The notes under the pieces: model-generated
Told to the model about the DNA's origin: nothing
Databases searched by the model: none
Seen by the model: only the letters and a program-made list of their open reading frames with translations
Assembly: GCA_963677495.2 (NCBI GenBank)
Contig: CAXXOU010000004.1
Coordinates: 32,001-96,000, forward strand
DNA: 64,000 bases
Source of the DNA: Candidatus Cloacimonadales bacterium
Lineage (GTDB): Bacteria; Cloacimonadota; Cloacimonadia; Cloacimonadales; JAFGVF01
Reading direction: 5' to 3'
Shown here: piece after piece, positions 38,327-48,269 of the stretch
Layout: every line of letters begins with the position of its first letter
How positions within the stretch are numbered: position 1 is the stretch's first letter
Translations under genes and position numbers: made by a program

Positions 38327-40666
38327 TTACCAATGTACAGCTTTCTTAATCTCTTGCAACTCCTTATCAGAATCTTCCCTTTTTTCTCTGAGCTCTCTCA
38401 ATCCATCCAATAAGTTTTCTGAGTTCTGCTGAACGTTTGTTTGATTAATTGTTCTTACTATTCTGAAACCTTCTGAAGAGCTGGGACGAGAATAGGATCG
38501 ATGGAAAACTCGATTTTGATAACTATATTTTTCTCCCATAGCTAACCCCCCTCTTGCAACTCTTTCTTCACCCTCATCAGCACCTTTAGGATTTATGGTT
38601 TTAGGATTGTTGTTCCAATAGGAATAGTCGTACCAATCCCAACACCATTCCTCTTTAGAACCGCTCAAGTCATGAATCCCAAGTTCATTTGGTGTCTTTT
38701 GTCCTACCTCTATTCTACCATAGCTATCATCAGAAACAGCATCAAAGTCATTAGTCCCGGCATACAAATACCCATTACTTTTGTTCCCACCTCGTGCAGC
38801 ATACTCCCATTCAGCTTCGGTTGGAAGTCTATAACCATCTGCATCAAAGTCGCATGTTACAGTCCACTTTATCTTATCATGCTTACGTTTATTCTTGTTG
38901 TTCTTATCCTTTTTCTTTTTGTTAATGGAATAACATGGTGTTAGACCTTCTTTTTCGCTAAGAATGTTACAGAACTCTACAGCGCTATACCATGTGACCT
39001 CAACTGCATGATTAGGGTCATAAACAGGTTCATCAGGAACAAGGGTGTTATATCTTTCTTCAGTAATTTCATACTTGCTAATACAGAAATCTGAAACAGT
39101 AACTTCATGAGGCATATGATAGTTATGATCATCAATCTTATCACCCATAATAAAGGTGCCACCATCTACTACGACCATTTCATACCCTGTTGATGAGATG
39201 ATGTCTGGTATATCTTGTCCTTCGGTTAATTGGTAGTTTTGCTTGAAAGTATGGTTTGCATCTAACCTCAGATTCTCTTTGTGTGAAAGGTAACCCTGAT
39301 GCTGGATCACTAAATCATAATTTCCTATAGGGACATCAGTAAAGATAGCTTTGCCTATAGACTCATATCTTTCCCCACTATCTCCTTCACAAATAACTTT
39401 TGATTCAGTTGGGATCACATTGATGAGAATCGTCCCTGTTTCAATTTCAGGATAAAGGTTTTTAACAATATTAGCATTCTTTTCAAGCAGAACAGTGTGG
39501 TTAATAGTTGGTGCTTTAGGCATCTCTACTATCAACTCGACAACTTGAGGAGTTAGTTTCAATTCTTTGAATCCACCTTTGTACTGTTTGCTATTATTAA
39601 CAGTAACTGTGGCATTTGGATGTGTGTTTACTGATAGTGTACATGTAACATCATCAGGATACAAATCTAAAACTCTAGTTTCATTGTCTTTAAGAGTGTA
39701 TTCTTTTTCAATAGTTTCACAGTATGGGGCTTCAATTTTAACTCTCAATAAGCCGGGAGCAATTTTAAGACTATCTACTGCAGACTCTTGTTTAACACCG
39801 TTTATATAACAAGTAGCATTTTCTAGAGTATTGATTGTAATTATAGCTCGCGTATCGCTCAACTTGTATAGTTTTTTCAGACCATCAACAATCTCAATAT
39901 TCTCTTCAATCGTTGAATAGTTTTCTTTTTCAACTTTAACAGTGTATATCCCGGTGGGGAAGAAGCTTGTTTTGGGAGTAACACCGAACTTAACACCTTT
40001 TATCCAAACAGTAGCACCTTGAGGTTCTGAGTTAATAGTAACAACTGCATCGACAGCAGGGACTAAAGTGTAGTTAAAGTTCTGCTTTCCCCTCTTTATT
40101 TCTATCTCTTCAGTAATAGAACTATGTCCATCCAACTCAATTTTCAGTATCTGTTTCCCGGATTCTAATGATAAACTAAGACCATCACTTGTTGTATTAC
40201 CATAGCTTTTATCATTAACGAAAACTTTAGCATTTGCAGGTTTGGTAGTAATCAAAACAGGCAACTCAGTAACTTTACTATCTCCTGTAATGTTGAGAAC
40301 ATAGACTTCCCCACTAGTAATCCTTCGAATCCCATAGCTTGATAACACGACTTCAAACTCTTTAAAACCCGTAGCATTTACTTTGATTGTTCGTTCTCCA
40401 GGAGAGACATACACTTCGAATTTCCCAGGTACCGATTTATCTACATCTCGAACTTTACCATTTGAAGGTCTGAATACGAAATCTGTATCAAGGTCAGTGA
40501 GGAATACCAGCAAAGCTGCCTGTTCGAGATTCTTATCTACAATCTCCTTTGAAATAATAATCCCATCTTTGAATTCCGCTTTACCTTCAATTCTCAACTC
40601 ATTCATTTGCCCAAACAGAAGTGAAAATGATAATATATACATAAGTGCAATCACAAATCTTTTCAT
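38327..40666 (-). CDS. Multi-PEGA protein with C-terminal FGE-sulfatase (SUMF1-like) domain
   Basis: PEGA repeats; GGTFIMG, KYEIT, GYRLPTEAEWEYAARGG, PNELGIHDLSG..EWCWD, RGG, GFRIVR. Confidence 0.88.
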   Translation of the reverse strand: MKRFVIALMYILSFSLLFGQMNELRIEGKAEFKDGIIISKEIVDKNLEQAALLVFLTDLDTDFVFRPSNGKVRDVDKSVPGKFEVYVSPGERTIKVNATGFKEFEVVLSSYGIRRITSGEVYVLNITGDSKVTELPVLITTKPANAKVFVNDKSYGNTTSDGLSLSLESGKQILKIELDGHSSITEEIEIKRGKQNFNYTLVPAVDAVVTINSEPQGATVWIKGVKFGVTPKTSFFPTGIYTVKVEKENYSTIEENIEIVDGLKKLYKLSDTRAIITINTLENATCYINGVKQESAVDSLKIAPGLLRVKIEAPYCETIEKEYTLKDNETRVLDLYPDDVTCTLSVNTHPNATVTVNNSKQYKGGFKELKLTPQVVELIVEMPKAPTINHTVLLEKNANIVKNLYPEIETGTILINVIPTESKVICEGDSGERYESIGKAIFTDVPIGNYDLVIQHQGYLSHKENLRLDANHTFKQNYQLTEGQDIPDIISSTGYEMVVVDGGTFIMGDKIDDHNYHMPHEVTVSDFCISKYEITEERYNTLVPDEPVYDPNHAVEVTWYSAVEFCNILSEKEGLTPCYSINKKKKDKNNKNKRKHDKIKWTVTCDFDADGYRLPTEAEWEYAARGGNKSNGYLYAGTNDFDAVSDDSYGRIEVGQKTPNELGIHDLSGSKEEWCWDWYDYSYWNNNPKTINPKGADEGEERVARGGLAMGEKYSYQNRVFHRSYSRPSSSEGFRIVRTINQTNVQQNSENLLDGLRELREKREDSDKELQEIKKAVHW

Positions 40667-40764
40667 ACTTACCCTTTTGCTTACAGTTTTTGCTAATCAT
40701 CCAGCTTTTGGTGATATGTCAAGTAATGAATGATTCAAACTTATTCATACCTTTGCTATTTCAC

Positions 40765-40900
40765 TGCTCTATCATAATAACCATCACAAAATCATCAACT
40801 ACTGCTACTTTTCTTGTCAGTTTCTTATGCGCCAGCCAAGGGATTGCCCAAGAGACTCATAGGAATCGGATAGTTTTCTATGCTTTATTATGATAGAGCA
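40765..40900. repeat. Element bounded by a perfect 16-bp inverted repeat; probable degenerate member of the phased-array family
   Basis: TGCTCTATCATAATAA (40765-40780) / TTATTATGATAGAGCA (40885-40900). Confidence 0.75.
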
Positions 40901-40949
40901 TAGAAAGACTGAAGTGCTTGCTTTATTGGATTATATCCCTTAAAGAATC

Positions 40950-42767
40950 CTACTTCTTAATCTCATAATTAGTAAGATCATAAAGCATCTCTTCGTCCCA
41001 TTCCTGAGGTTGCCAGGTTCTTACATATATCATTGGTTCTTTACCTTTAAAATCGACCAGAAGGAAAAGGTATCCTTCATCAGAGTAACCGGTAGATGCA
41101 TATTGCTGACGCATGGAGATACCATAAACATCATCGTCATCATTCTTTTGCTTTATTTCTGAGGAGTTGAAACCAACATGAATGTCTTGTTGACCTTTGA
41201 AGATATCTGTCTGGCGAAGGATAAATTGTTCCTTATCCATTTTGGTGTACTCTATATCAGGTTGGTTTTCTCTTGTTGTTGTAACAACATCTTTATGAAG
41301 TCTCGTTTTAGGCATAGTTCTGCCAACAATGATAACAGCATCATCGGAGAATATCTTCTTTAAAGTGTTTATATCCTTATTTAAGTATGCTGAACGGTAT
41401 TTTTCAAGGAATTTAACGAGGATATGTCTTCTTTGGTAGATATCAATATAGTCTTGCTTGAACTTAGATGCATAATCGCTGAATAGTTCATTGAAAACTG
41501 TGAAATTAACGTCCTGCAGATTGCCTGAGTTATCAAAATCAAGAACTATGTATTCTGTAGTATGTTTATTGATAGTGGGGTAACTGCACATTACAGGTAT
41601 ACTTCTAACTTCCCAACCTTCAAATGTCTTAAGTATTTCTGCTTCTACTTTCTCATCAAGTACAGTAAGGTGGTTATTTTTGACCATCTCAGATAACTTT
41701 TTCTGAAGGAATGCATCATTAGTAAACGACTGAACATCAAGCCCTGATTTAAACCAGTTCACTAAATTGCCTGTTGAGTTAATGATTTCCCTTTCTACAG
41801 TACATTTCTCATCACAAACAAGTCTAACTTTTACATCTTTAGAATATGCTTTACGTCTTTTCTTCAAGTTTGTTTTGGAAAACCTTATGGTTTTGATTGA
41901 TTCATCATCATATACAGGTTTGTGTACTGCATACCAGAGTTGTTCAACATCTTTAAACTGCTGTTTCCTCTCACTAAACATATATTCGATTGAGACATCT
42001 AATGTTCTATAACTTGTTGCTGCACCTGTTAGATGACAAGTAGCGATTCCACCATTTGCAACAATAGTTACATCGTCATTGTCGTCTTCATAAGTAAATT
42101 CCAGCGATTCAACAGGTTTACCTTTATATAAAACACTAAACCTTACATCTCTAACATCATCTTGAGGGCACACATCATCTAAGTATTCGAATTTAATCCC
42201 GGAAAGTATAGATTTAATACGTTCAGGAATCTTTGTTGTGAGTTCATCTGCTTTGTATGTTACACTGCCTGTGGGTAATGAATTGATTAGAATTGATGCA
42301 TAGTAATACATCTGTAGTGCTGTTGACAAATTAAGCTCTTTCTCACTCTGCTTAGCACTGTCATAAATACTGCAAATAACTCGTTTTCTATCATCATAAA
42401 GAGTATTTAAGGAGTTTTTATGGATGTAGTAGAGCACGTAATAGTTCTTTTTTCTATTTCTCTCAATAATTGGAGTTAGGTTATTCAGTGTTATTGTAGA
42501 GTATGTACTGATAATTTTCTTGATACTCTCATCAGCATTTCCATTCTTTTCAACCGCTTTTGAGAAAGTATCTGTTTGTACATTGATGCTTATATTCTCT
42601 GATAAGTTTGCTAAAGCCATATCTTTAGCTTCTTTCTTATCTCGAATCCTTTCGTCGAAGGTCACTTCACCATAGAAATAGTTCCCGGATCTCTTAATCT
42701 CGTCAACAGAAACAGCTGATAATAGGCAAATTGATAATAACAAAAACAGAAAAAAAATTCTCTTCAT
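40950..42767 (-). CDS. Exported protein, LPP20-like N-terminus and NTF2-like C-terminus
   Basis: AKDMALANLSENISINV; YRSAYLNKD..IFSDDAVIIVG, YSDEGYLFLLVDF, IYVRTWQP; a type I associate with PEGA/FGE clusters. Confidence 0.6.
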   Translation of the reverse strand: MKRIFFLFLLLSICLLSAVSVDEIKRSGNYFYGEVTFDERIRDKKEAKDMALANLSENISINVQTDTFSKAVEKNGNADESIKKIISTYSTITLNNLTPIIERNRKKNYYVLYYIHKNSLNTLYDDRKRVICSIYDSAKQSEKELNLSTALQMYYYASILINSLPTGSVTYKADELTTKIPERIKSILSGIKFEYLDDVCPQDDVRDVRFSVLYKGKPVESLEFTYEDDNDDVTIVANGGIATCHLTGAATSYRTLDVSIEYMFSERKQQFKDVEQLWYAVHKPVYDDESIKTIRFSKTNLKKRRKAYSKDVKVRLVCDEKCTVEREIINSTGNLVNWFKSGLDVQSFTNDAFLQKKLSEMVKNNHLTVLDEKVEAEILKTFEGWEVRSIPVMCSYPTINKHTTEYIVLDFDNSGNLQDVNFTVFNELFSDYASKFKQDYIDIYQRRHILVKFLEKYRSAYLNKDINTLKKIFSDDAVIIVGRTMPKTRLHKDVVTTTRENQPDIEYTKMDKEQFILRQTDIFKGQQDIHVGFNSSEIKQKNDDDDVYGISMRQQYASTGYSDEGYLFLLVDFKGKEPMIYVRTWQPQEWDEEMLYDLTNYEIKK

Positions 42768-42853
42768 TCCTCACCCCTTGAATATATATAGTTCAAAATT
42801 AGAAAACAGAATTATTCAGGCAAGAAATAATGAAGCAAAATAAACAGAGAAAT

Positions 42854-42880
42854 AAAAAAAGGCCGACATTTCTGCCGACC
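42854..42880 (-). terminator. Intrinsic terminator of tatD
   Basis: Minus strand reads GGTCGGCA-GAAA-TGTCGGCC-TTTTTTT. Confidence 0.8.
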
Positions 42881-42906
42881 CTGGTTTATATTACCACATA
42901 GAAGAT

Positions 42907-43656
42907 TTATAATCTAAAGAACTTATTTGCATTAAGATATGTTATCTCAGCAATCTGTTTTGGAGACTGACCTCTTATCTCAGCAATCTTTTGTACAATA
43001 TACGGTAGGTAGGTCGGATCGTTTCTTTCACCTCGATGGGGAACCGGTGCTAAGTATGGGGAATCAGTTTCGACAAAGAAGGAGTCGTTGGGAACCATTC
43101 TAATTACATCAGCAAGGGTGCTCTTCTTGAATGTTATGTTTCCACCAAAAGCCATTTTCCAACCCTCTTTAAGAACCTCTTCTGCAAATATCACATCTCC
43201 ACTGAAGCAGTGGAAAAGTACGTCTTTAGCTTTAGTCTCTCTTAATATCTCAAGACAGTCATCATGAGAGTCTCTATTATGCACAACGATTGGTAAATCA
43301 TATTCCTGGGCAAGGAGTATCTGCTCTTCAAAAACACGTCTTTGAATATGACGTGGGGAGATATTACGGAAGTAATCGAGACCTATTTCACCGATAGCAA
43401 CCACTCTTTTATTACGGGCTAGTTCTTTAATCGCTTCAGCGTCATAATCTGTCGCATCGTGAGGATGAAAGCCCACAGTAGCATATATGAAGGGGTACTT
43501 CTCAGCTAGTGCAACTGAGTTTTCTGAAGTCTCTTTATTGAAACCAATATTTATGATTCTTGTAATTCCCGACTCTAGGCAGCCCTCGATGATTTCTTCT
43601 CTATCGTCATCGAAATCAGGTAAATCAAGATGGGCATGAGTTTCGAAAATTTCCAT
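42907..43656 (-). CDS. tatD: TatD family DNase
   Basis: THAHL, GFHPH, IGEIGLDY, VVHNR, HCFSG, ETDSPYLAP. Confidence 0.95.
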   Translation of the reverse strand: MEIFETHAHLDLPDFDDDREEIIEGCLESGITRIINIGFNKETSENSVALAEKYPFIYATVGFHPHDATDYDAEAIKELARNKRVVAIGEIGLDYFRNISPRHIQRRVFEEQILLAQEYDLPIVVHNRDSHDDCLEILRETKAKDVLFHCFSGDVIFAEEVLKEGWKMAFGGNITFKKSTLADVIRMVPNDSFFVETDSPYLAPVPHRGERNDPTYLPYIVQKIAEIRGQSPKQIAEITYLNANKFFRL

Positions 43657-43776
43657 TTATTCCTCCGAATTATTATTCTTTGCCCCAAAATTTTTTATAA
43701 TGGAAATCTGTCAAAACAAAAATAACTGTATTGGTAAAAGGTACCATTACAGTTAATTAGATAATGCCAAAAGTTC

Positions 43777-44175
43777 TTATTGATTTGCTACGATTTCTAC
43801 TTTAATACGATTAGGGTCTTCAAAGAAGAGGGCATAATAACCGATTCCACCTGCATATGGATGTTTATCTTCATATAGAATTTTCATCCCTTTCTTTCTA
43901 ACACTCTCAGTGAATGTATCAACATCTTTCCTGGTTGCAACATGAAATGCTATATGATTTAATCCGGCATGGCATCTATGATAAGAATTCTCTCTAAACC
44001 TATCTTCAGTTTGAACGAATACTATGTAAGTATCTCCAAGTTTGAAGCTAAAACCGGAATCCCAGTCTTGAAACAACTTGTAGTTTAGTTTAGAGAGAAA
44101 CCATGACCAGAAAGCTTTAGTAGACTTTAAGTCATTTACGTATATCTCAATATGGTGAATTGTTCCGTTAACCAT
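43777..44175 (-). CDS. VOC/glyoxalase family protein
   Basis: IHHIEIYV, GLNHIAF, YYALFFEDPNRIKVE. Confidence 0.85.
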   Translation of the reverse strand: MVNGTIHHIEIYVNDLKSTKAFWSWFLSKLNYKLFQDWDSGFSFKLGDTYIVFVQTEDRFRENSYHRCHAGLNHIAFHVATRKDVDTFTESVRKKGMKILYEDKHPYAGGIGYYALFFEDPNRIKVEIVANQ

Positions 44176-44635
44176 CCATTTTCCCATTTAACTCTGAGAG
44201 ATCAAACCAAGTATATACGCCCTGAAGTTTTTGTAACTCACCTTCTAAAATCTCTTCATGATAGCTTTCTTCACGTGCTAATTCAAGAAATGTTATCTCC
44301 TGCTCTTGAGCTTTATACATCTCTGCTAGTTCGCGATAGCTTTTTTGCATATCAGCTTCAACTTCCATCCCATATCTAATAACATCTGCAGGATCATGAA
44401 AATCTGTTCTACCTTTGAACTCCTCATTATCCTCAAAGTTCATTATTGTAAATTCAGGAAATTCATTAAAGTAGATTGTCTTCAATTTCTCAAAATGACC
44501 ATGCTCAAATTGTGCTAGTCTTTCAAAAGTTGATTTCATATCCTGACGAGTAGATAAATCCGCCAGTTTCTGATAAAACTTAGTTGCTTTTATTTCATTT
44601 CCCATTGCGAGCAATAGAACATCTTTCTTCGTCAT
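44168..44635 (-). CDS. Ferritin-like (rubrerythrin family) protein
   Basis: AMGNE..FY, LAQFEHGH, LAREESYH di-iron ExxH motifs. Confidence 0.8.
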   Translation of the reverse strand: MTKKDVLLLAMGNEIKATKFYQKLADLSTRQDMKSTFERLAQFEHGHFEKLKTIYFNEFPEFTIMNFEDNEEFKGRTDFHDPADVIRYGMEVEADMQKSYRELAEMYKAQEQEITFLELAREESYHEEILEGELQKLQGVYTWFDLSELNGKMDG

Positions 44636-44809
44636 ATTCGTCCCCTTGATGTCAAAGTAATAGTTATATATTAAGCAGTCTGTCTTTATCTGCAAAGATT
44701 AATCCTAATTATTTTTAACATTGTAAAAGCTATCATTTCAAAAGAAATAGTTAGTAATAAATGCTTATCAGTTTATACTGTTTAGTAATTCACTTAAAGG
44801 AGTAATGTT

Positions 44810-45313
44810 ATGAACATTTATGATAGAGTTATTGAACTGGAAAAAGAAACCGAGAAGTTCTATTTAAACTTATTTGATAAATGCAAAAGCTCACCTGGTA
44901 TTTCCCACATTCTCTCAATGTTGGCTAATGACCAGAAGAAGATAATAGTTGCTTACGAAAACATGAAGCTGGTTGATTCCGGTAAGAAGATAGATATTTC
45001 ATGTGAGACTCAAACCTGCATGAAAGATACTAAGCGTATATTCGAGAAGTTTAAAACTAATTTGGAGAACTTTGATTGTTCTATCAGGCAGATTAACTTC
45101 TACCAGACTGCTTTAGAGAAACAGAAAGAGATTATGAGATTGATCAAAAAGGAACTCAAAGATTCTAATGTAGATGATAGAAAAGTGATTGTTAAGAAGA
45201 TAATGCGTGAAAAAGAGAAGCATGTACTCATACTGGAAAATCTTGTTGAGATGCTTCTTAATACAGAACAATGGATTGAGAATGCTGAATTCAATCATTT
45301 CGACCAATTCTAA
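44810..45313 (+). CDS. Ferritin-like (rubrerythrin family) protein, partly degenerate ligands
   Basis: ELEKETEKFY, EKEKH, C-terminal WIENAEFNH; the first ExxH position reads DQKK. Confidence 0.65.
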   Translation: MNIYDRVIELEKETEKFYLNLFDKCKSSPGISHILSMLANDQKKIIVAYENMKLVDSGKKIDISCETQTCMKDTKRIFEKFKTNLENFDCSIRQINFYQTALEKQKEIMRLIKKELKDSNVDDRKVIVKKIMREKEKHVLILENLVEMLLNTEQWIENAEFNHFDQF

Positions 45314-45383
45314 GCTACTGATCTTATTCTTTACTCTCATTACTTTGAGTTGTAAAGGGATGGATTCTAACAAAGGAGAAGAG

Positions 45384-46019
45384 ATGAATCTTGTCGATAT
45401 TGAAACTAAATCAGATAAATCATTAGAACAACTAGATACTCCAATATTCTGGGCTGAAGGTCATCCTGGTGCTCTTGATAGAGAGAACTGGACAATTGAA
45501 GTTACCGGTGCCTGCGAAAATCCAAAAACCTTTACATGGGACGACTTGATGGCTATGACCAAAAGAACAGCTGATGCAAGACTCACAAGTGTTACCAGAT
45601 GGTCTGTAAAAGGTGATTGGGCCGGAGTCAGGTTATCTGATATTTTAGAAGCAGTTGAGATCAAAGATAGTGCAAAGCATATCAGATTCTGGTCGCATGG
45701 AATGATTTATGATACTTCAATCCCTCTTGATATTGCAATGAAAGAGAACACCCTCATGGCTTGGGAGTTCAACGGTAACTACCTAACAGAAGATTATGGT
45801 GGACCGGTAAGAGCTTTTGTACCTTACCTTTGGGGGTATAAATCAGCTAAAAGCGTTGTAAAGATAGAGATTATGGAATACTATATCCCCGGTTTCTGGG
45901 AAAAACGTGGTTATACTGATAAAGGTGAAATAGAACCTGGTGTAATGCGTGATGTTAATGATGACTTCAAACTTAAACAGATACCGGGTGGTGAAGTTAA
46001 AGGTTTCATAGAAGAATAG
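45384..46019 (+). CDS. Molybdopterin-binding oxidoreductase (sulfite oxidase/MsrP-like)
   Basis: WTIEVTG, VTRWS..WAGV, YGGPVR..VPYLWGYKSAK, GFWEKRGY; alternative start at 45282 would add a lipoprotein-like signal. Confidence 0.82.
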   Translation: MNLVDIETKSDKSLEQLDTPIFWAEGHPGALDRENWTIEVTGACENPKTFTWDDLMAMTKRTADARLTSVTRWSVKGDWAGVRLSDILEAVEIKDSAKHIRFWSHGMIYDTSIPLDIAMKENTLMAWEFNGNYLTEDYGGPVRAFVPYLWGYKSAKSVVKIEIMEYYIPGFWEKRGYTDKGEIEPGVMRDVNDDFKLKQIPGGEVKGFIEE

Positions 46020-46082
46020 ATATTTTAGTTTCGGACCTACCCCGGAGCTAAGGTTCTTGTGGCGGGATCGAAACACTGTTGC

Positions 46083-46239
46083 ATGATAAGACAAACCGAC
46101 GCAGTCGGTTAAGTTCATAATTTGGACTGCATCAACTGTGTAGATGCAACAGCGTATTGACGTATTACAGCACAGATATCTGGAATGAGCAAGATACTAA
46201 ACGTGACAAGACAAACCGACGCAGTCGGTTAAATCCATA
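46083..46239. repeat. REP-like units (TGGA-foot family), two direct copies 120 bp apart
   Basis: Identical AAGACAAACCGACGCAGTCGGTTAA at 46088 and 46208, with an oppositely oriented TGGACTGCATC..GATGCA hairpin between them. Confidence 0.8.
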
Positions 46240-46244
46240 GGTTT

Positions 46245-48200
46245 TTATATTTCCACCTGAATTGGATGATAATATCTATATCCATCTGCCCAATATTCTT
46301 GCTTCATCTGCTCTAAAAGGTATGAATCGAAAATAGTAAAGTCAGAGAGCATATCACCATGTTTAAGGAAGTCGAAGATGTATGCTTGTAGGTCTCCTTT
46401 AAAGAACAATCCATAACCTGCTGAGAGCAGTTGCTCAATATGTAAAGGCTCGAACTCAGTGATTATTAAGTAGATTTCTGCATATTCACTAAGTAACACA
46501 AAGGTTCTATCTGTCATGTATTTCTCAGGTAATACCAGAGTCAGGATAGTAGAAATCTGTCTATCATCTTCAGAAAAAGGTGATGCATCTAAGTTAACAT
46601 AATGATTCCAGTTTATATCAATCGCTGAGGTCAGATTTATCAAGAATTGAGGGTCAAACAGTTCTTCAGACTCCAGAATAATCTCAAAGCAGTTGTTTGG
46701 TAGGTTTGCAGTCAGTTTTTGCATAGATTTAATAATCTCATCAATTCTAGGATAAACAGAAGGGACTCTGAAGTGAACAGCGCAGCTTTCGGCAAGTTCA
46801 AAGACATGACGTTCTAAAGGATGGGAGAAGTCAGTGACTAAAAGCTTATGAACAGGAAAAACTTCACCATCAAAGAAGACATTATCCTCTTTTATTCCGA
46901 CAAAATCAGTTGAAAGCAGAGCAGGTGGTAAGGGATCGAAGTTTATGTCAAAACGGTCTTCAGCATAACGAAAAGCCTTTCTCATCTCTGCTTTTGAAAA
47001 GTTAGGGATATTTTGTACATAGTAGGGAGCCTTGGGGAGATATTCAATCTCTAACTCTTTTGAACGAAGAGAGAACTCTGTGCCTGAGAGAACTGACATC
47101 TGAAACACTTGTATGTTAGAATCCATTCCTTTTTCAGCAACATAATCACAAGAGTTCATAAATCCATCCAGCGTGTCGCCCGGCAGCCCGACGATTAAGT
47201 CAATCTTACAATCTATACCGGCTTTGAGCATCTTCTGAGTATTTTCTGTCAGCTTATCAAGGTTTTGGGAACGATTCATGAGCTCCAATGCTTTCTTATT
47301 CGTACTCTGCAAACCAATCTCTATGCCCTGAAAGTTCAATTCTACCAATCTTTGAATCTGCTTATCATTCAGTAAATCCGCCCTAAGCTCTGTATGTATC
47401 TCAAGCTTATTATCAGGGTTCTCTTCTTGTATTATATCCAATATCCTATCGAAGTTCGGTTGTACATTGAAGGACGGGTCTAGCAGGAATATTTCTTTAA
47501 ATTCCATCTCCCGAGCCTTTCTAATCATCGCTCTAATATACTCTTCCGGCATCTGAATCACAGTGTCATATAATTTATTGTAATAGCAGAAGCTACATCT
47601 GAAAGGGCATCCACGCACAGTCTCAAAGAAGAGTGTAATATCGGGTTTTGTTTCTATTAATCCAAGTATATAGGGATTCTGTTCCGCTTTCATAGGAGGA
47701 CGACAAGCTGTGATTGGATTAATAACGGCTTCACCATTCTCTTTGTAGATCAAGCCTGAGATCTCTTGATAATCTTTGCAATTCAAGAAATCAACAAATG
47801 GTATCTCACCTTCGCCACTAATACCTATTTTAAACTCCTCATGGTTTAGAAGATAACTATTCTCAGCATTAACTTCAGGTCCACCAAAGATAAACTGCAT
47901 AGAAGGGAAGATTTTATGCACTTCAGATGCTATATAGAGTGTTTTCTCAATATTCCATAAATAGGTAGAAAAGCAGACTAAATCCGCATTCGAAGAGCAG
48001 ATATAGCTTATAACAGCTCTGTTGTTTAAACTGTCTGTATAAACTCGTGGCATTATCTCAAATTCCCAATCAGGACATCGAGTTTGAGCATAAGCAACGA
48101 GATATCCCGGTGCGAGATGTATATTTGCCTTGAATTCCAAAGGATTCAAGCGTGGTATTGCAAGTTGAACCATTAAAGCTTTCTTCATAATCTTCTCCAT
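46245..48200 (-). CDS. B12-binding radical SAM protein
   Basis: FSTYLWN, FGGPEV, GEGE, ETVRGCPFRCSFC, DLIVGLPGD. Confidence 0.88.
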   Translation of the reverse strand: MEKIMKKALMVQLAIPRLNPLEFKANIHLAPGYLVAYAQTRCPDWEFEIMPRVYTDSLNNRAVISYICSSNADLVCFSTYLWNIEKTLYIASEVHKIFPSMQFIFGGPEVNAENSYLLNHEEFKIGISGEGEIPFVDFLNCKDYQEISGLIYKENGEAVINPITACRPPMKAEQNPYILGLIETKPDITLFFETVRGCPFRCSFCYYNKLYDTVIQMPEEYIRAMIRKAREMEFKEIFLLDPSFNVQPNFDRILDIIQEENPDNKLEIHTELRADLLNDKQIQRLVELNFQGIEIGLQSTNKKALELMNRSQNLDKLTENTQKMLKAGIDCKIDLIVGLPGDTLDGFMNSCDYVAEKGMDSNIQVFQMSVLSGTEFSLRSKELEIEYLPKAPYYVQNIPNFSKAEMRKAFRYAEDRFDINFDPLPPALLSTDFVGIKEDNVFFDGEVFPVHKLLVTDFSHPLERHVFELAESCAVHFRVPSVYPRIDEIIKSMQKLTANLPNNCFEIILESEELFDPQFLINLTSAIDINWNHYVNLDASPFSEDDRQISTILTLVLPEKYMTDRTFVLLSEYAEIYLIITEFEPLHIEQLLSAGYGLFFKGDLQAYIFDFLKHGDMLSDFTIFDSYLLEQMKQEYWADGYRYYHPIQVEI

Positions 48201-48269
48201 TTAGATTAATTCATCTTTCATTCAGTTACTCTTGGGTCAAGTTTAATGTTATAAATCATCTCTGCTTTG

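Noticed and set aside
38440..38700. Diversity-generating retroelement target (FGE/CLec domain)
   Set aside because: No template repeat or reverse transcriptase seen in the window; a remote DGR cannot be excluded.
46245..48200. RiPP cluster around the radical SAM gene
   Set aside because: No precursor peptide, transporter or other tailoring genes nearby.
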